Assembly (NCBI GenBank): GCA_024743255.1
Contig: JANSWY010000006.1
Coordinates: 11,610 to 75,609 of the forward strand
DNA length: 64,000 bases
DNA from: a bacterium
Lineage (GTDB): Bacteria; Bacteroidota; Bacteroidia; Cytophagales; Cyclobacteriaceae
Direction of reading: 5' to 3'
A program made the position numbers and the translations under genes. Shown in pieces: positions 29,049-38,395 of the stretch. Every line of letters starts with the position of its first letter. The stretch's first letter is position 1. The notes below the pieces were generated by a model. That model was given only the letters and a program-made list of their open reading frames with translations. It had not been told where the DNA came from and did no database searches.

Positions 29049-29441
29049 ATGAACAATTACTTTCAGAAAGTAAAAGACTACCTACTCGAGCTAGATTTTA
29101 GCATTGTACAAGAAGATGAAAATGATGGGATTATTGTAGTAGATAACGAAGAAGATGGAATTAAAAACCTGGTCTTAGTTATAGCTGACCCATTACTAAT
29201 TGTAGAACAATACATATTTGAAGTGAACAATGGCACTCCGGATATTTACAAGCAACTTCTACAAAAGAGCAGAGACATTATACACGGGGCATTCGTACTG
29301 GATGACACGGGATCCAAGGTAATCTTTAGAAACACACACGAACTAGAAAACCTTGATTTAAACGAAATTGAAGCCACATTTAATTCATTGGCTTTATTAC
29401 TAAGCGAATACTCGCAAGACTTAATTGAATTTTCAAAATAA
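29049..29441 (+). CDS. Small acidic cytoplasmic protein, possibly YbjN/YjfI-like
   Basis: 130 aa, strongly acidic. Encoded immediately upstream of PspA, as yjfI precedes yjfJ in E. coli. Fold assignment is tentative. Confidence 0.3.
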   Translation: MNNYFQKVKDYLLELDFSIVQEDENDGIIVVDNEEDGIKNLVLVIADPLLIVEQYIFEVNNGTPDIYKQLLQKSRDIIHGAFVLDDTGSKVIFRNTHELENLDLNEIEATFNSLALLLSEYSQDLIEFSK

Positions 29442-29458
29442 AAAGATAACATACTACG

Positions 29459-30178
29459 ATGAATGTATTTAAGAGAATATTTAAGATAGGAGAAGCTGAA
29501 GCACATTCTGCGATAGACAAACTTGAAGACCCTATTAAAATGACTGAGCAAGGTATCAGAGACCTCAAAAAGGACCTTGATAACAGCTTGAAGGCATTGG
29601 CTGAAGTAAAAGCCATGGGAATCAGATCTAAGAATGATGCTCAGAACTATACCAACAAGGCTAAAGATTACGAAAACAAAGCCATGTTGATTCTAAAGAA
29701 AGCACAAAGTGGCGATATGGATGCAGGTGAAGCTGACAGATTAGCAAGTGAAGCGCTTGTTAAGAAAGAAGAGGCTACTGCAAGTGCCAATCAAGCCAAA
29801 GCTGAGCAAGATAGATTCGAGAAAAACATAGCTCAATTGGATGCTAATGTTAAAAAGATCAGATCTAATATCAGCAAATACGAAAATGAATTGAGAACGC
29901 TGAAAGCAAGAGTTAGAGTGAGTGAAACCACTAAAAAGCTCAACAAGCAAATGTCTCAGATCGATTCTACCGGAACTGTCTCTATGTTAGAGAGAATGAA
30001 AGAGAAAGTAGAGCAAGAAGAAGCATTGGCAGAAGCTTACGGTGACATAGCTAACGAAAGCAGAAGCCTCGACGAAGAGCTTGACGATGCAATTGGCGAA
30101 GGTGCAGCTGAAGCAAAAGCCTCAGATGACCTTGCAGCACTCAAAGCGAAATTAGGAATGGATAAGAAGGAGGAATAA
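29459..30178 (+). CDS. pspA: PspA/IM30 (phage-shock protein A / Vipp1) family protein
   Basis: MNVFKRIFKIGEAEAHSAIDKLEDPIKMTEQGIRDLKKDL… is the canonical PspA N-terminus. Fully coiled-coil, 239 aa. Confidence 0.8.
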   Translation: MNVFKRIFKIGEAEAHSAIDKLEDPIKMTEQGIRDLKKDLDNSLKALAEVKAMGIRSKNDAQNYTNKAKDYENKAMLILKKAQSGDMDAGEADRLASEALVKKEEATASANQAKAEQDRFEKNIAQLDANVKKIRSNISKYENELRTLKARVRVSETTKKLNKQMSQIDSTGTVSMLERMKEKVEQEEALAEAYGDIANESRSLDEELDDAIGEGAAEAKASDDLAALKAKLGMDKKEE

Positions 30179-30187
30179 TTCCTCCTT
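30167..30187 (+). promoter_or_regulatory. Hairpin spanning the pspA stop codon (aaggagg-aataatt-cctcctt)
   Basis: Perfect 7-bp stem. The loop contains the TAA stop. Followed by a U-rich but not canonical tract. Confidence 0.4.
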
Positions 30188-30253
30188 TCCTTTCAAATTT
30201 GTCCATTTTCCTTGACCATAATTCTAAATGAACCACTAAACACCATCCCATAC

Positions 30254-30913
30254 ATGCAAGAAATTCTGGACCACTCTATTAACTCTGTCAATATAATACC
30301 AACCACTATTCTGATTTTTTGTATCCTTTACTGGATAATAGTAATGCTAGGTTTTATTGATATTGATTCATTAGATATCGATGCGGATTTTGATGCTGAT
30401 ATTGACGTTGATGTTGATGCAGACGTGGATGTTGATGGCCCTGATAGTGGATCAATAGGATGGTTAAATCAAGTACTTGTCTTTTTCAACATCTCACATG
30501 TTCCGCTAATGATCTTCTTGAGTTTCTTTGCTCTTTCAACCTGGTTTGCTTCAATGGCTACCAACTACTATTTGAATAATCAAAACTTTCTGTTGAGTTT
30601 GGTTTTCTTAGTTCCGATTTTGCTTGGTAGTTTGTTTGTTGCAAAGTTTGCAACAATACCATTCGTGAAACTTTTCAGACATCTGTCAAGTGGAGAGATC
30701 AGCATCGAATCTTATATTGGTAAAATTTGCAGGGTCATTTTAGTTGCTAAAGAAGGAATCAAAGGGCAAGCTGAAATTAAGATTGAAGGAGGCTCGTATT
30801 TAATCAACACCAAAACTCAACCGGGTGTAACGATATCAAAAGGAGAGAACGGCCTTATCATAGATTATGATGAGCAAGATAAAAGTTATTTAATTGAACC
30901 TTATTACGAATAA
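30254..30913 (+). CDS. YqiJ-like membrane protein with C-terminal NfeD-type OB-fold
   Basis: ORF track starts at TTG 30212; the first ATG is at 30254 (MQEILDH…). Two or more TM helices, acidic DxD repeat, C-terminal GKICRVILVAKEGIKGQAEIKIEGGSYLINTKT (NfeD OB-fold-like). Directly followed by the flotillin gene, as in E. coli yqiJK. Confidence 0.55.
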   Translation: MQEILDHSINSVNIIPTTILIFCILYWIIVMLGFIDIDSLDIDADFDADIDVDVDADVDVDGPDSGSIGWLNQVLVFFNISHVPLMIFLSFFALSTWFASMATNYYLNNQNFLLSLVFLVPILLGSLFVAKFATIPFVKLFRHLSSGEISIESYIGKICRVILVAKEGIKGQAEIKIEGGSYLINTKTQPGVTISKGENGLIIDYDEQDKSYLIEPYYE

Positions 30914-30916
30914 AAT

Positions 30917-33085
30917 ATGGAATTTTTTATTGAACTATTGAAGTCCGGCGGCCTCTTGGTAGCACTTTTCGTTATTGGAGCATTCGTCATCATTATCCGA
31001 ATGTACAAAAAAGCCCGCCAGGGTGAAGCCATTGTCACAACAGGTGCTGGAGGAACCAAAGTATATTTCAGTGGAGCTGTTGTTATCCCTGTCCTAAATA
31101 AAATGGAACTAATGGATATAACTCTCAAAACTGTCCAAATCAACAGAACTGGAGGTGAAGGTCTAGTCTGTAAGGATAACATGAGAGCAGATATTAAGGT
31201 TACATTCTTCGTTAGGGTAAATCAAACAAAGGAAGACGTTAAGCAAGTTGCTCAGGCGATTGGGTGTGAAAGAGCATCAGACCAACAGCAGTTAGAATTA
31301 CTATTCGATGCTAAATTCTCAGAAGCTCTTAAAACTGTGGGTAAGCAATTTGATTTCGTTGAACTTTACAACTCCAGAGATGATTTCAAACAACAAATAT
31401 TAAATACAATCGGCACAGATTTGAATGGGTATGTGCTTGATGATTGTGCAATAGACTACCTAGAACAGACACCTATTCATTCCATGGATGAAAACAACAT
31501 TCTGGATTCCGAAGGTATAAAGAAAATTATTGAACTTACTTCTGCTCAAAAAATTCTTGCAAATGGGATTGAGAAGGAGAAAGAAAAAACCTTGACTAAG
31601 CAAAATGTTGAGGCCAAAGAAACTGTACTTGAGTTAGAAAAGCAGTTAGCTGAAACAGAAGCTAAGCAGAAAAGAGAAGTCGAAACAATTCAAGCCAGAG
31701 AACAAGCGGAAACCGATAAGGTTAGAGAAGAAGAAAGGCTAAAAGCTGAAAAAGCAAGAATTACTGCTGAAGAAGAAATCCAGGTCAGTGAAGAAAATAA
31801 GCTAAGAGAAATTCTAGTTGCAGCGAAAAACAAAGAGAAAACAGACGCTGTAGAAACTGAAAGAGTACAGCAGGCTCAGCTTCTTGAAGCGACTGAAAAA
31901 GAGAAAATCGTAGAGTTAGCTCAAATCGAGAAACTGAAAGCAGTTGAAGAAGAAAAGAGAAAGATTCAGGATGTTATCCGCGAAAGAGTAGCTATTGAGA
32001 AAACAGTAGTGGAAGAAGAAGAAAGCATGAAAAACACACGTGCTTTCGCTGAAGCAGACAGAACAAAGAAAGTTGCTATAACCCTAGCTGAGAAAGAAGC
32101 TGAAGAGGCTTTAGTTAAGCAAATCAAAAGTGCAGAAGCTGCTAAAGAAGCTTCCGAACACCTTGCAAAACAGAAGCTTATTGATGCTCAGGCTGCCGAA
32201 ACAGCAGCAACTCACGAGGCATCTGCGAAGAAAACAATGGCTGACGCTCAAGCTGCAGAAGCCGCAGCAATCGGTTTGTCAGAAGCACAGGTAATGGAAG
32301 CAAAAGCTGATGCTCTAGAGAAACAAGGAGACGCTGAAGCATCTATGATTGAAGCTAAAATGGCAGCTGAAGCGAAAGGTATTGAAATGAAGGGAGACGC
32401 GCAGGCATCTGCTAACGAACAAATCGGTATGGTGCAGGCGAAGGTTAATCTGGAGCAAGGATCTTCTCAAGCGAAAGTAATCGCTCTAAAAGCAGACGCT
32501 GAACAAAAAATGGGTATGGCTGAAGCTAAGGTGATGGCAGAAAAATATGCAGCAGATGCAAAAGGTATCTCTGAAAAAGCCAAAGCAATGCAAGAACTTG
32601 ACGGTGTAGGAAGAGCACATGAAGAATTCAAATTGAAACTTGAGGTCGATAAGGAAATAGAGTTGGCGAAGATCAATATCCAGAAAGAAATCGCTGCGGC
32701 TCAGGCTAATGTGATCTCAGAAGCACTGAAAGCTGCTAACATCGATATTGTGGGTGGAGAAACCATGTTCTTCGACCAGATTGTGGGATCCATCACAAAA
32801 GGTAAATCGGTGGATCAATTGATGAGCCACAGTGAAGTGCTGACTCAAGTGAAGGACACATTCTTCGACACTGAGACAGGTGGAAACTTCAAAGATAAAC
32901 TTCAACAATTCACTGCTCAGTTTGGTATTAGTGCCAGTGAGTTAAGAGAATTAAGCATATCAGCTCTATTGATTAAGATGATGGGCTTGTCGAGTGACAG
33001 TGACACCAAAGGAATACTCGGACAGCTTAAAACAGCTGCTGAGGCCCTTGGAATCTCTGAGCAGAGTGCAAGTTCTTTAATCTAA
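30917..33085 (+). CDS. Flotillin-like SPFH/band-7 protein (YqiK type) with long Ala/Glu-rich coiled-coil
   Basis: N-terminal TM helix, SPFH domain (…GEAIVTTGAGGTKVYFSGAVVIPVLNKMELMDITLKTVQINRTGGEGLVCKDNMRADIKVTFFVRV), then roughly 350 aa of EA-rich coiled-coil. Confidence 0.8.
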   Translation: MEFFIELLKSGGLLVALFVIGAFVIIIRMYKKARQGEAIVTTGAGGTKVYFSGAVVIPVLNKMELMDITLKTVQINRTGGEGLVCKDNMRADIKVTFFVRVNQTKEDVKQVAQAIGCERASDQQQLELLFDAKFSEALKTVGKQFDFVELYNSRDDFKQQILNTIGTDLNGYVLDDCAIDYLEQTPIHSMDENNILDSEGIKKIIELTSAQKILANGIEKEKEKTLTKQNVEAKETVLELEKQLAETEAKQKREVETIQAREQAETDKVREEERLKAEKARITAEEEIQVSEENKLREILVAAKNKEKTDAVETERVQQAQLLEATEKEKIVELAQIEKLKAVEEEKRKIQDVIRERVAIEKTVVEEEESMKNTRAFAEADRTKKVAITLAEKEAEEALVKQIKSAEAAKEASEHLAKQKLIDAQAAETAATHEASAKKTMADAQAAEAAAIGLSEAQVMEAKADALEKQGDAEASMIEAKMAAEAKGIEMKGDAQASANEQIGMVQAKVNLEQGSSQAKVIALKADAEQKMGMAEAKVMAEKYAADAKGISEKAKAMQELDGVGRAHEEFKLKLEVDKEIELAKINIQKEIAAAQANVISEALKAANIDIVGGETMFFDQIVGSITKGKSVDQLMSHSEVLTQVKDTFFDTETGGNFKDKLQQFTAQFGISASELRELSISALLIKMMGLSSDSDTKGILGQLKTAAEALGISEQSASSLI

Positions 33086-33104
33086 AAATCAAGCAAATCA
33101 TTAC

Positions 33105-33131
33105 TTCCTCCTTCTATTATGGAAGGAGGAA
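33105..33131 (+). promoter_or_regulatory. Hairpin between the flotillin and giant ATPase genes (ttcctcctt-ctattatgg-aaggaggaa)
   Basis: Perfect 9-bp stem with the same sequence as the pspA-stop hairpin, arms in opposite order. No T-tract. Confidence 0.4.
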
Positions 33132-33166
33132 ACTGAATTGACAATTTTTCATGTCAAAAACCACTT

Positions 33167-36100
33167 ATGGCTGAAAACGAAGAAAATATAAATCAACAAC
33201 AGGAGCAATCCGTGGAACTTGAAGCGGGTACTTATGAAGTACTGAGAAATCGTCTCAAGCAAAACGGAGCTGATCTCCTCAACACTGTCAACCAACTCAA
33301 TTCGGCACGTAAAGAAGTCTTTGGAACCATAGAAACTGAACTGGTTCACACTGACAGAATCACAACGGCCAACAATTGTGTTCCGTGGGATATGGTGCCA
33401 ATAGGATCCAATTTCATCTTTGGATACAACGTGCACATGGGTCTTAAAGTAGAGACCAACCTTGAAGATGTTTTTAGTATCTACAAATTCGAAAACAACG
33501 CATTCCACGAACAACCACTCGACCTGTTAAAAGGTAAAACATTTGAAGCTGACTTCAAGCAACTATATAAATACTACAAAGACACTGTATTTGTAAAGTT
33601 CGCCAAGATTGGACCTCACCTTCATATGGTCTTCAGAATTGGTAAGGAGGTAACAGATATAAAAACCTTCAAGTGGCAAATCAATGGTGATAAACTAAAG
33701 TACATCGACAATAGAAGTGCTCACGAGTTTATATTCCCTGAGCAACATCAATTCAGGTGGAAAAGAACAAGTAGAGAACATCACAGAGAAGGAAAACATC
33801 CACATATCTCGGTTGAAGATCAGGTGTTTGTAGAGACTGTTGGTGGAGATTTAACCATCAAAATTGAGGATAATACTGATGACGGAAAGGGAATCTATAG
33901 AGAACCTGTTGAGCATCAGGAGCAAACGTTAACCGATAGTGAGATCCAATACACAATCATTGGAAACCTCATTATTCTAAAGATAAGACCATACCAGGAA
34001 GATTATAGGTACCTGGTATTTAATTCCAAACTGGAGAAAGTCCAAAGAATTGATGCCTTATCAGAATCATGTATTCTTTTGCCCGATGATCATGGAATTA
34101 TATTTAGCAATGGTTATTACCTGCAAAATGGAGAATTCAAGCAATTCGATAATGATCTAAGTAATATGATCTTCGAGAAGCGTATTGATGCTCCAAATGG
34201 TGAAGACTACCTTTATGTGTTCTACAATCGTCTGGAAGGGATTTACTTATTATTGAATTACAATCTGATCAATCAAAGTGTAGAAAGTCCATTGATGTGT
34301 CATGGGTTTTCAATATTTGATGATGGTACCATGTGCCTGTTCCGCGGCGATAAAGATCCGAAGAAACACCACGTAGTTCAAATTTGGAAAACGCCATTTA
34401 CCAACTCAGATTTCGAACAACCAACTAAAAACACTTCCCTGATCAGCAAAATCGGGAATAAGGAAATTGTAAGAGCAATGGCTGAATGCCATGAGGTGCT
34501 CAACTACATCAATCGGGATGAGGTTTTCTCTTCATTGTACATTGATTTAATTAAGATGACTTCAGATATTCTTGATAGTTATCATTGGTTGAACAAAGAG
34601 GAAGTATTTACCATCTCCTCCCCTCTTCAGGCTGTTAAAGAAACTGCGTCTTCCACAGTAGATGAGTTTGAAAAAGTAACCCGAATCAAAAAAGATACGG
34701 CAGAAAAGCTGGAAGAAACAGGAGCAAAAGCTGATGAAGTAATCAAGAATGTCAAAAAACTTCACGCTAAAGACATCAATGATTATGTAGCCATTCTTAA
34801 TGAACTCAGAATTGCTCGAGGAGAAGTAATATCACTAAAAGAACTTCGATACATTGATCTTGACAGAGTAGAAAAATATGATGCTCTATTAGCAGAATAT
34901 GCTGATGACATTTCAAAGCGATGCGTTAATTTCCTACTAAGAGATAATTCGCTGAAACCATATATCGATCGAGTTGATAATCTTTCTAAATCCATTGAGG
35001 AAATCAAGAAAGTGAAAGCTGCGGATGAGACAAGTGAGCAAATTGACACAGTATCTGAGGATTTAAAAATGCTAATTGATACAGTCAGTAATCTGGCAAT
35101 CGATGATGCTACTGAAACAACTCGAATCATCGATGAGATTTCCAATATATACTCTGAAATCAACAAGGTAAAAGCGGAACTAAGGAAGAAAAGAAAGTCG
35201 CTTAGAAGTTCCGAGGGAAAAGCTGAGTTTAATGCACAGTTAAAACTTGTAGATCAGGCAGTTATCAACTTCCTGGATCTTTGTGACACACCTGAGAAAT
35301 GTGAGGAATATCTCACCAAATTGATGGTTCAGTTAGAAGAGCTGGAAGGTCGTTTCTCTGAGTTTGATGAGTTCATTGCGAAGATCGCTGAAAAGCGTGA
35401 TGATGTATACAATGCATTTGAATCTAAAAGAGTCAATCTACTAGAAGCCAGAAATAAAAGAGCCGCAGTGCTCCAACAATCTGGTGAAAGGATCATTAAG
35501 TCCATAAAATCTAGAATCTCCAGGTTTGAATCAGTCAATGAAATCAATGGTTACATGGCCTCTGATTTGATGATTGAGAAACTTAGAAAGATTGTAGAGG
35601 ATCTTAACGAAATTGGAGATACCGTAAAGGCAGAAGATCTTAACTCCAAGCTCAAAACAACCAGAGAAGATGCATTAAGACAATTAAAAGATCGATCTGA
35701 GTTATACGCTGATGGAGATCATTTGATCAAGTTTGGAACTTACCAGTTTGCTGTTAACACTCAGAATCTGGATCTGACCATTGTTCCTAGAAATGGTGAA
35801 ATGTACTACCACCTTACTGGTACCGACTTCTTCGAAATCATCAGGAACGAAAATTTTGAGAGAACCAAACCTGTTTGGAATCAGGATCTGATTTCCGAGA
35901 ACAATGAGGTTTACAGATCAGAATATCTGGCGTATTCGATAATCTCCAAGGCCAGAGCTAAGGAAAACAGATTGCTTGAAAAGGGTGATTTTGAATTTCT
36001 GACAACTAAGGAGCTTTACGAATTAGATGAAAAAGGACTACTGGATTATGTTCAGCGATTCATGGCTTTAAGGTACAATGAAGGATACCTAAAAGGAGTT

Positions 36101-38158
36101 CATGATTTCGATGCTTCACAGATCCTGGCGACTTTATTGGATCTGTTACAAACAGCAGACCTTCTTAGATATTCCTCAATTTCAAGAGCTTTTGGAGCTT
36201 TGTTCTGGAAAGTCTTTGTAACTGAAGAGCAAAAATTAGTTCTTGACAATCAAATAAAAGGTGCCGGTTTGATACTTAACATCTTCCCGGATACCAGAGA
36301 ATTCAGTAATATTCTTGAGGATATCAAAATAGAACTCAGCAGCTTTCTGGAGAGACATCCATTATTTGAAGCTGAATTGGTTGACGAAACGGCGTACTAT
36401 CTATTTTACGAATTAGCACGTGGTAACCAATTCATCATTGATAAAGAAACAGCAGCATTTGAAACTGCATTTAAAGAAGAACTAAACAAAAGCAAGGCCA
36501 CTAAGAAGTTCAAGGATTCAATCAAAGAGTTGGCTGAACATCCTGAATTGGAATACAGATTGATCAGAAAATGGTTAAATGCGTTCATTGATCAACATTC
36601 AAAAGAACAGTGGAGAGAATATGTAGATGAGTGTGCCATACTATTAATGATGGGTGATTCTAACCCGAATCGTATTGTACACACCAATCTAAAAGTATCG
36701 ATTGATAACCTTAGAGGAGATCATGTCTTAATCGATAATGGCAGTTATCATCTTGATTACAACCACTTTATGATTAAGCTTAATCATTTCCAAAACCATA
36801 CCGTGCAGTTGTACAATCAGTTTTTGGAATTGAAAAAGACTTTAGCTGCTGATTTTGCGGATGACCTTAGATTAAGCGAATTTAGACCGAGGATACTTTC
36901 TTCTTTTGTGAGAAATCAATTGATTAATGAAGTCTATCTTCCATTGATTGGTTCAAACTTAGCGAAGCAAATAGGAACAGCCGGAGAACAAAAAAGAACC
37001 GACTTAAATGGACTTTTACTTTTGATCTCCCCTCCTGGTTATGGTAAGACAACTTTGATGGAATACATCGCCAATCGTCTTGGAATCATCTTCATGAAGA
37101 TAAACGGTCCGGCACTTGGGCATTCTATCATCTCACTCGATCCGGGAGAAGCTCCAAACGCTACTTCGAAAGAAGAACTGGAGAAGCTAAACCTGGCTTT
37201 TGAGATGGGCGACAATGTAATGATATATTTGGATGATATTCAGCATTGTAATCCGGAGTTACTTCAGAAGTTCATTTCACTTTGTGATGCACAGCGAAAA
37301 ATTGAAGGGGTTTATAAAGGTAAGACCAAGACCTATGACTTCCGAGGCAAGAAGGTATGTGTGGTGATGGCGGGAAATCCATACACAGAAAGTGGAGAGA
37401 AATTCCAGATTCCTGATATGCTCGCAAACAGAGCTGACATCTACAACCTTGGTGATATCATTGGCGACACAGACGATGTGTTCAACATGAGCTATATAGA
37501 AAATAGCCTTACGTCAAATCCAGTGTTAGCAAAAGTTGCCGGCAAAAGTCATAAAGATGTTCTAAAGTTTGTAGAAATAGCTGAAACCGGCAAACAAGAA
37601 GGAATAGAGTTCGAAGCAAGTCATTCTCCTGAGGAACTAAGCGAAGCTGTTGAGATATTGAAGAAAGTTATTGTTGTTCGAAATATTATTACAAACGTAA
37701 ATCAGCTATATATCAAATCAGCTGCTCAGTCAGACGAATACAGAACAGAGCCTTCATTCAAATTACAGGGGTCTTACAGGGATATGAATAAAATTTCTGA
37801 GAAAATCGTCTCAGTAATGAACGATGAAGAATTGGATACACTCATCATGTCTCACTACGAGAATGAGTCCCAAACACTTACCAGTGGTGCTGAATCCAAT
37901 CTATTAAGGTTTAAGCAGTTGATTGGAAAGATGAATGATCAGGAAACTGAAAGATGGAGCAGTATTGTAGAAACCTTCCAGAAGCAGCAAAAGATGAAAG
38001 GATACGGTCAGGACAGCCAGGTAGGGCTGGTTATTGAACAAATGGAAGCCATTTCACAAGGTCTGAATGGCATTAAGGAAGAAATACTCGATAAAATGCG
38101 TGTCTACAGTGTAGCAAGCAGAACTAAAACTCAAAGAAAGAAAAATGACACTAAATGA
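33167..38158 (+). CDS. 1663-aa protein with a single C-proximal MoxR/dynein-type AAA+ (AAA_5-like) ATPase domain
   Basis: Uninterrupted 4992-nt ORF. P-loop LLLLISPPGYGKTTLMEY. Walker B/arginine region IYLDDIQHCNPELLQKF (compare MoxR LDEINRAPPEVQNAL). Sensor region VVMAGNPYTESGEKFQIPDMLANRADIYNL (compare ATQNP…LPEAQLDRF). The N-terminal roughly 1250 aa were not recognised; residues 480-800 are coiled-coil rich. Confidence 0.6.
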   Translation: MAENEENINQQQEQSVELEAGTYEVLRNRLKQNGADLLNTVNQLNSARKEVFGTIETELVHTDRITTANNCVPWDMVPIGSNFIFGYNVHMGLKVETNLEDVFSIYKFENNAFHEQPLDLLKGKTFEADFKQLYKYYKDTVFVKFAKIGPHLHMVFRIGKEVTDIKTFKWQINGDKLKYIDNRSAHEFIFPEQHQFRWKRTSREHHREGKHPHISVEDQVFVETVGGDLTIKIEDNTDDGKGIYREPVEHQEQTLTDSEIQYTIIGNLIILKIRPYQEDYRYLVFNSKLEKVQRIDALSESCILLPDDHGIIFSNGYYLQNGEFKQFDNDLSNMIFEKRIDAPNGEDYLYVFYNRLEGIYLLLNYNLINQSVESPLMCHGFSIFDDGTMCLFRGDKDPKKHHVVQIWKTPFTNSDFEQPTKNTSLISKIGNKEIVRAMAECHEVLNYINRDEVFSSLYIDLIKMTSDILDSYHWLNKEEVFTISSPLQAVKETASSTVDEFEKVTRIKKDTAEKLEETGAKADEVIKNVKKLHAKDINDYVAILNELRIARGEVISLKELRYIDLDRVEKYDALLAEYADDISKRCVNFLLRDNSLKPYIDRVDNLSKSIEEIKKVKAADETSEQIDTVSEDLKMLIDTVSNLAIDDATETTRIIDEISNIYSEINKVKAELRKKRKSLRSSEGKAEFNAQLKLVDQAVINFLDLCDTPEKCEEYLTKLMVQLEELEGRFSEFDEFIAKIAEKRDDVYNAFESKRVNLLEARNKRAAVLQQSGERIIKSIKSRISRFESVNEINGYMASDLMIEKLRKIVEDLNEIGDTVKAEDLNSKLKTTREDALRQLKDRSELYADGDHLIKFGTYQFAVNTQNLDLTIVPRNGEMYYHLTGTDFFEIIRNENFERTKPVWNQDLISENNEVYRSEYLAYSIISKARAKENRLLEKGDFEFLTTKELYELDEKGLLDYVQRFMALRYNEGYLKGVHDFDASQILATLLDLLQTADLLRYSSISRAFGALFWKVFVTEEQKLVLDNQIKGAGLILNIFPDTREFSNILEDIKIELSSFLERHPLFEAELVDETAYYLFYELARGNQFIIDKETAAFETAFKEELNKSKATKKFKDSIKELAEHPELEYRLIRKWLNAFIDQHSKEQWREYVDECAILLMMGDSNPNRIVHTNLKVSIDNLRGDHVLIDNGSYHLDYNHFMIKLNHFQNHTVQLYNQFLELKKTLAADFADDLRLSEFRPRILSSFVRNQLINEVYLPLIGSNLAKQIGTAGEQKRTDLNGLLLLISPPGYGKTTLMEYIANRLGIIFMKINGPALGHSIISLDPGEAPNATSKEELEKLNLAFEMGDNVMIYLDDIQHCNPELLQKFISLCDAQRKIEGVYKGKTKTYDFRGKKVCVVMAGNPYTESGEKFQIPDMLANRADIYNLGDIIGDTDDVFNMSYIENSLTSNPVLAKVAGKSHKDVLKFVEIAETGKQEGIEFEASHSPEELSEAVEILKKVIVVRNIITNVNQLYIKSAAQSDEYRTEPSFKLQGSYRDMNKISEKIVSVMNDEELDTLIMSHYENESQTLTSGAESNLLRFKQLIGKMNDQETERWSSIVETFQKQQKMKGYGQDSQVGLVIEQMEAISQGLNGIKEEILDKMRVYSVASRTKTQRKKNDTK

Positions 38159-38297
38159 TACTCTTAAAGGAATAATAGTACTGATTGTACTGTTTTTCGT
38201 TTTTGGATTTTTATTCAATTTCCTGTTTAAGGTAGGGATAATCGCTATATTGGTACTAGGTATAGTTTACCTCTACAAAAGAATATTCGTCGATTAG
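38145..38297 (+). CDS. Unannotated 50-aa two-TM micro-protein overlapping the stop of the giant ATPase gene
   Basis: ATG at 38145 (ATGACACTAAATGA overlaps the upstream TGA). Translation MTLNDTLKGIIVLIVLFFVFGFLFNFLFKVGIIAILVLGIVYLYKRIFVD; stop TAG at 38295-38297. Absent from the ORF track only because it is under 60 aa. Confidence 0.4.
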   Translation: MTLNDTLKGIIVLIVLFFVFGFLFNFLFKVGIIAILVLGIVYLYKRIFVD

Positions 38298-38395
38298 AAA
38301 TAACAAATCTCAAAATACAAATAACAAATAATTACACCGTATTTTGATTTTTGGAAATTGAAATTTGAAATTTAATTTTTGAAAAAAATTACGAC

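Noticed and set aside
30164-30190. AGGAGG sequence read as a Shine-Dalgarno site for the downstream gene
   Set aside because: Bacteroidota make little use of SD-anti-SD pairing. The motif is paired within a hairpin and repeats at a second junction, so it is better explained as an RNA structural element.
34562-35547. Three minus-strand ORFs (67-127 aa) inside the giant ATPase gene
   Set aside because: Antisense to a long uninterrupted sense ORF. They are Ser/Phe/Ile-rich, a typical antisense artefact.
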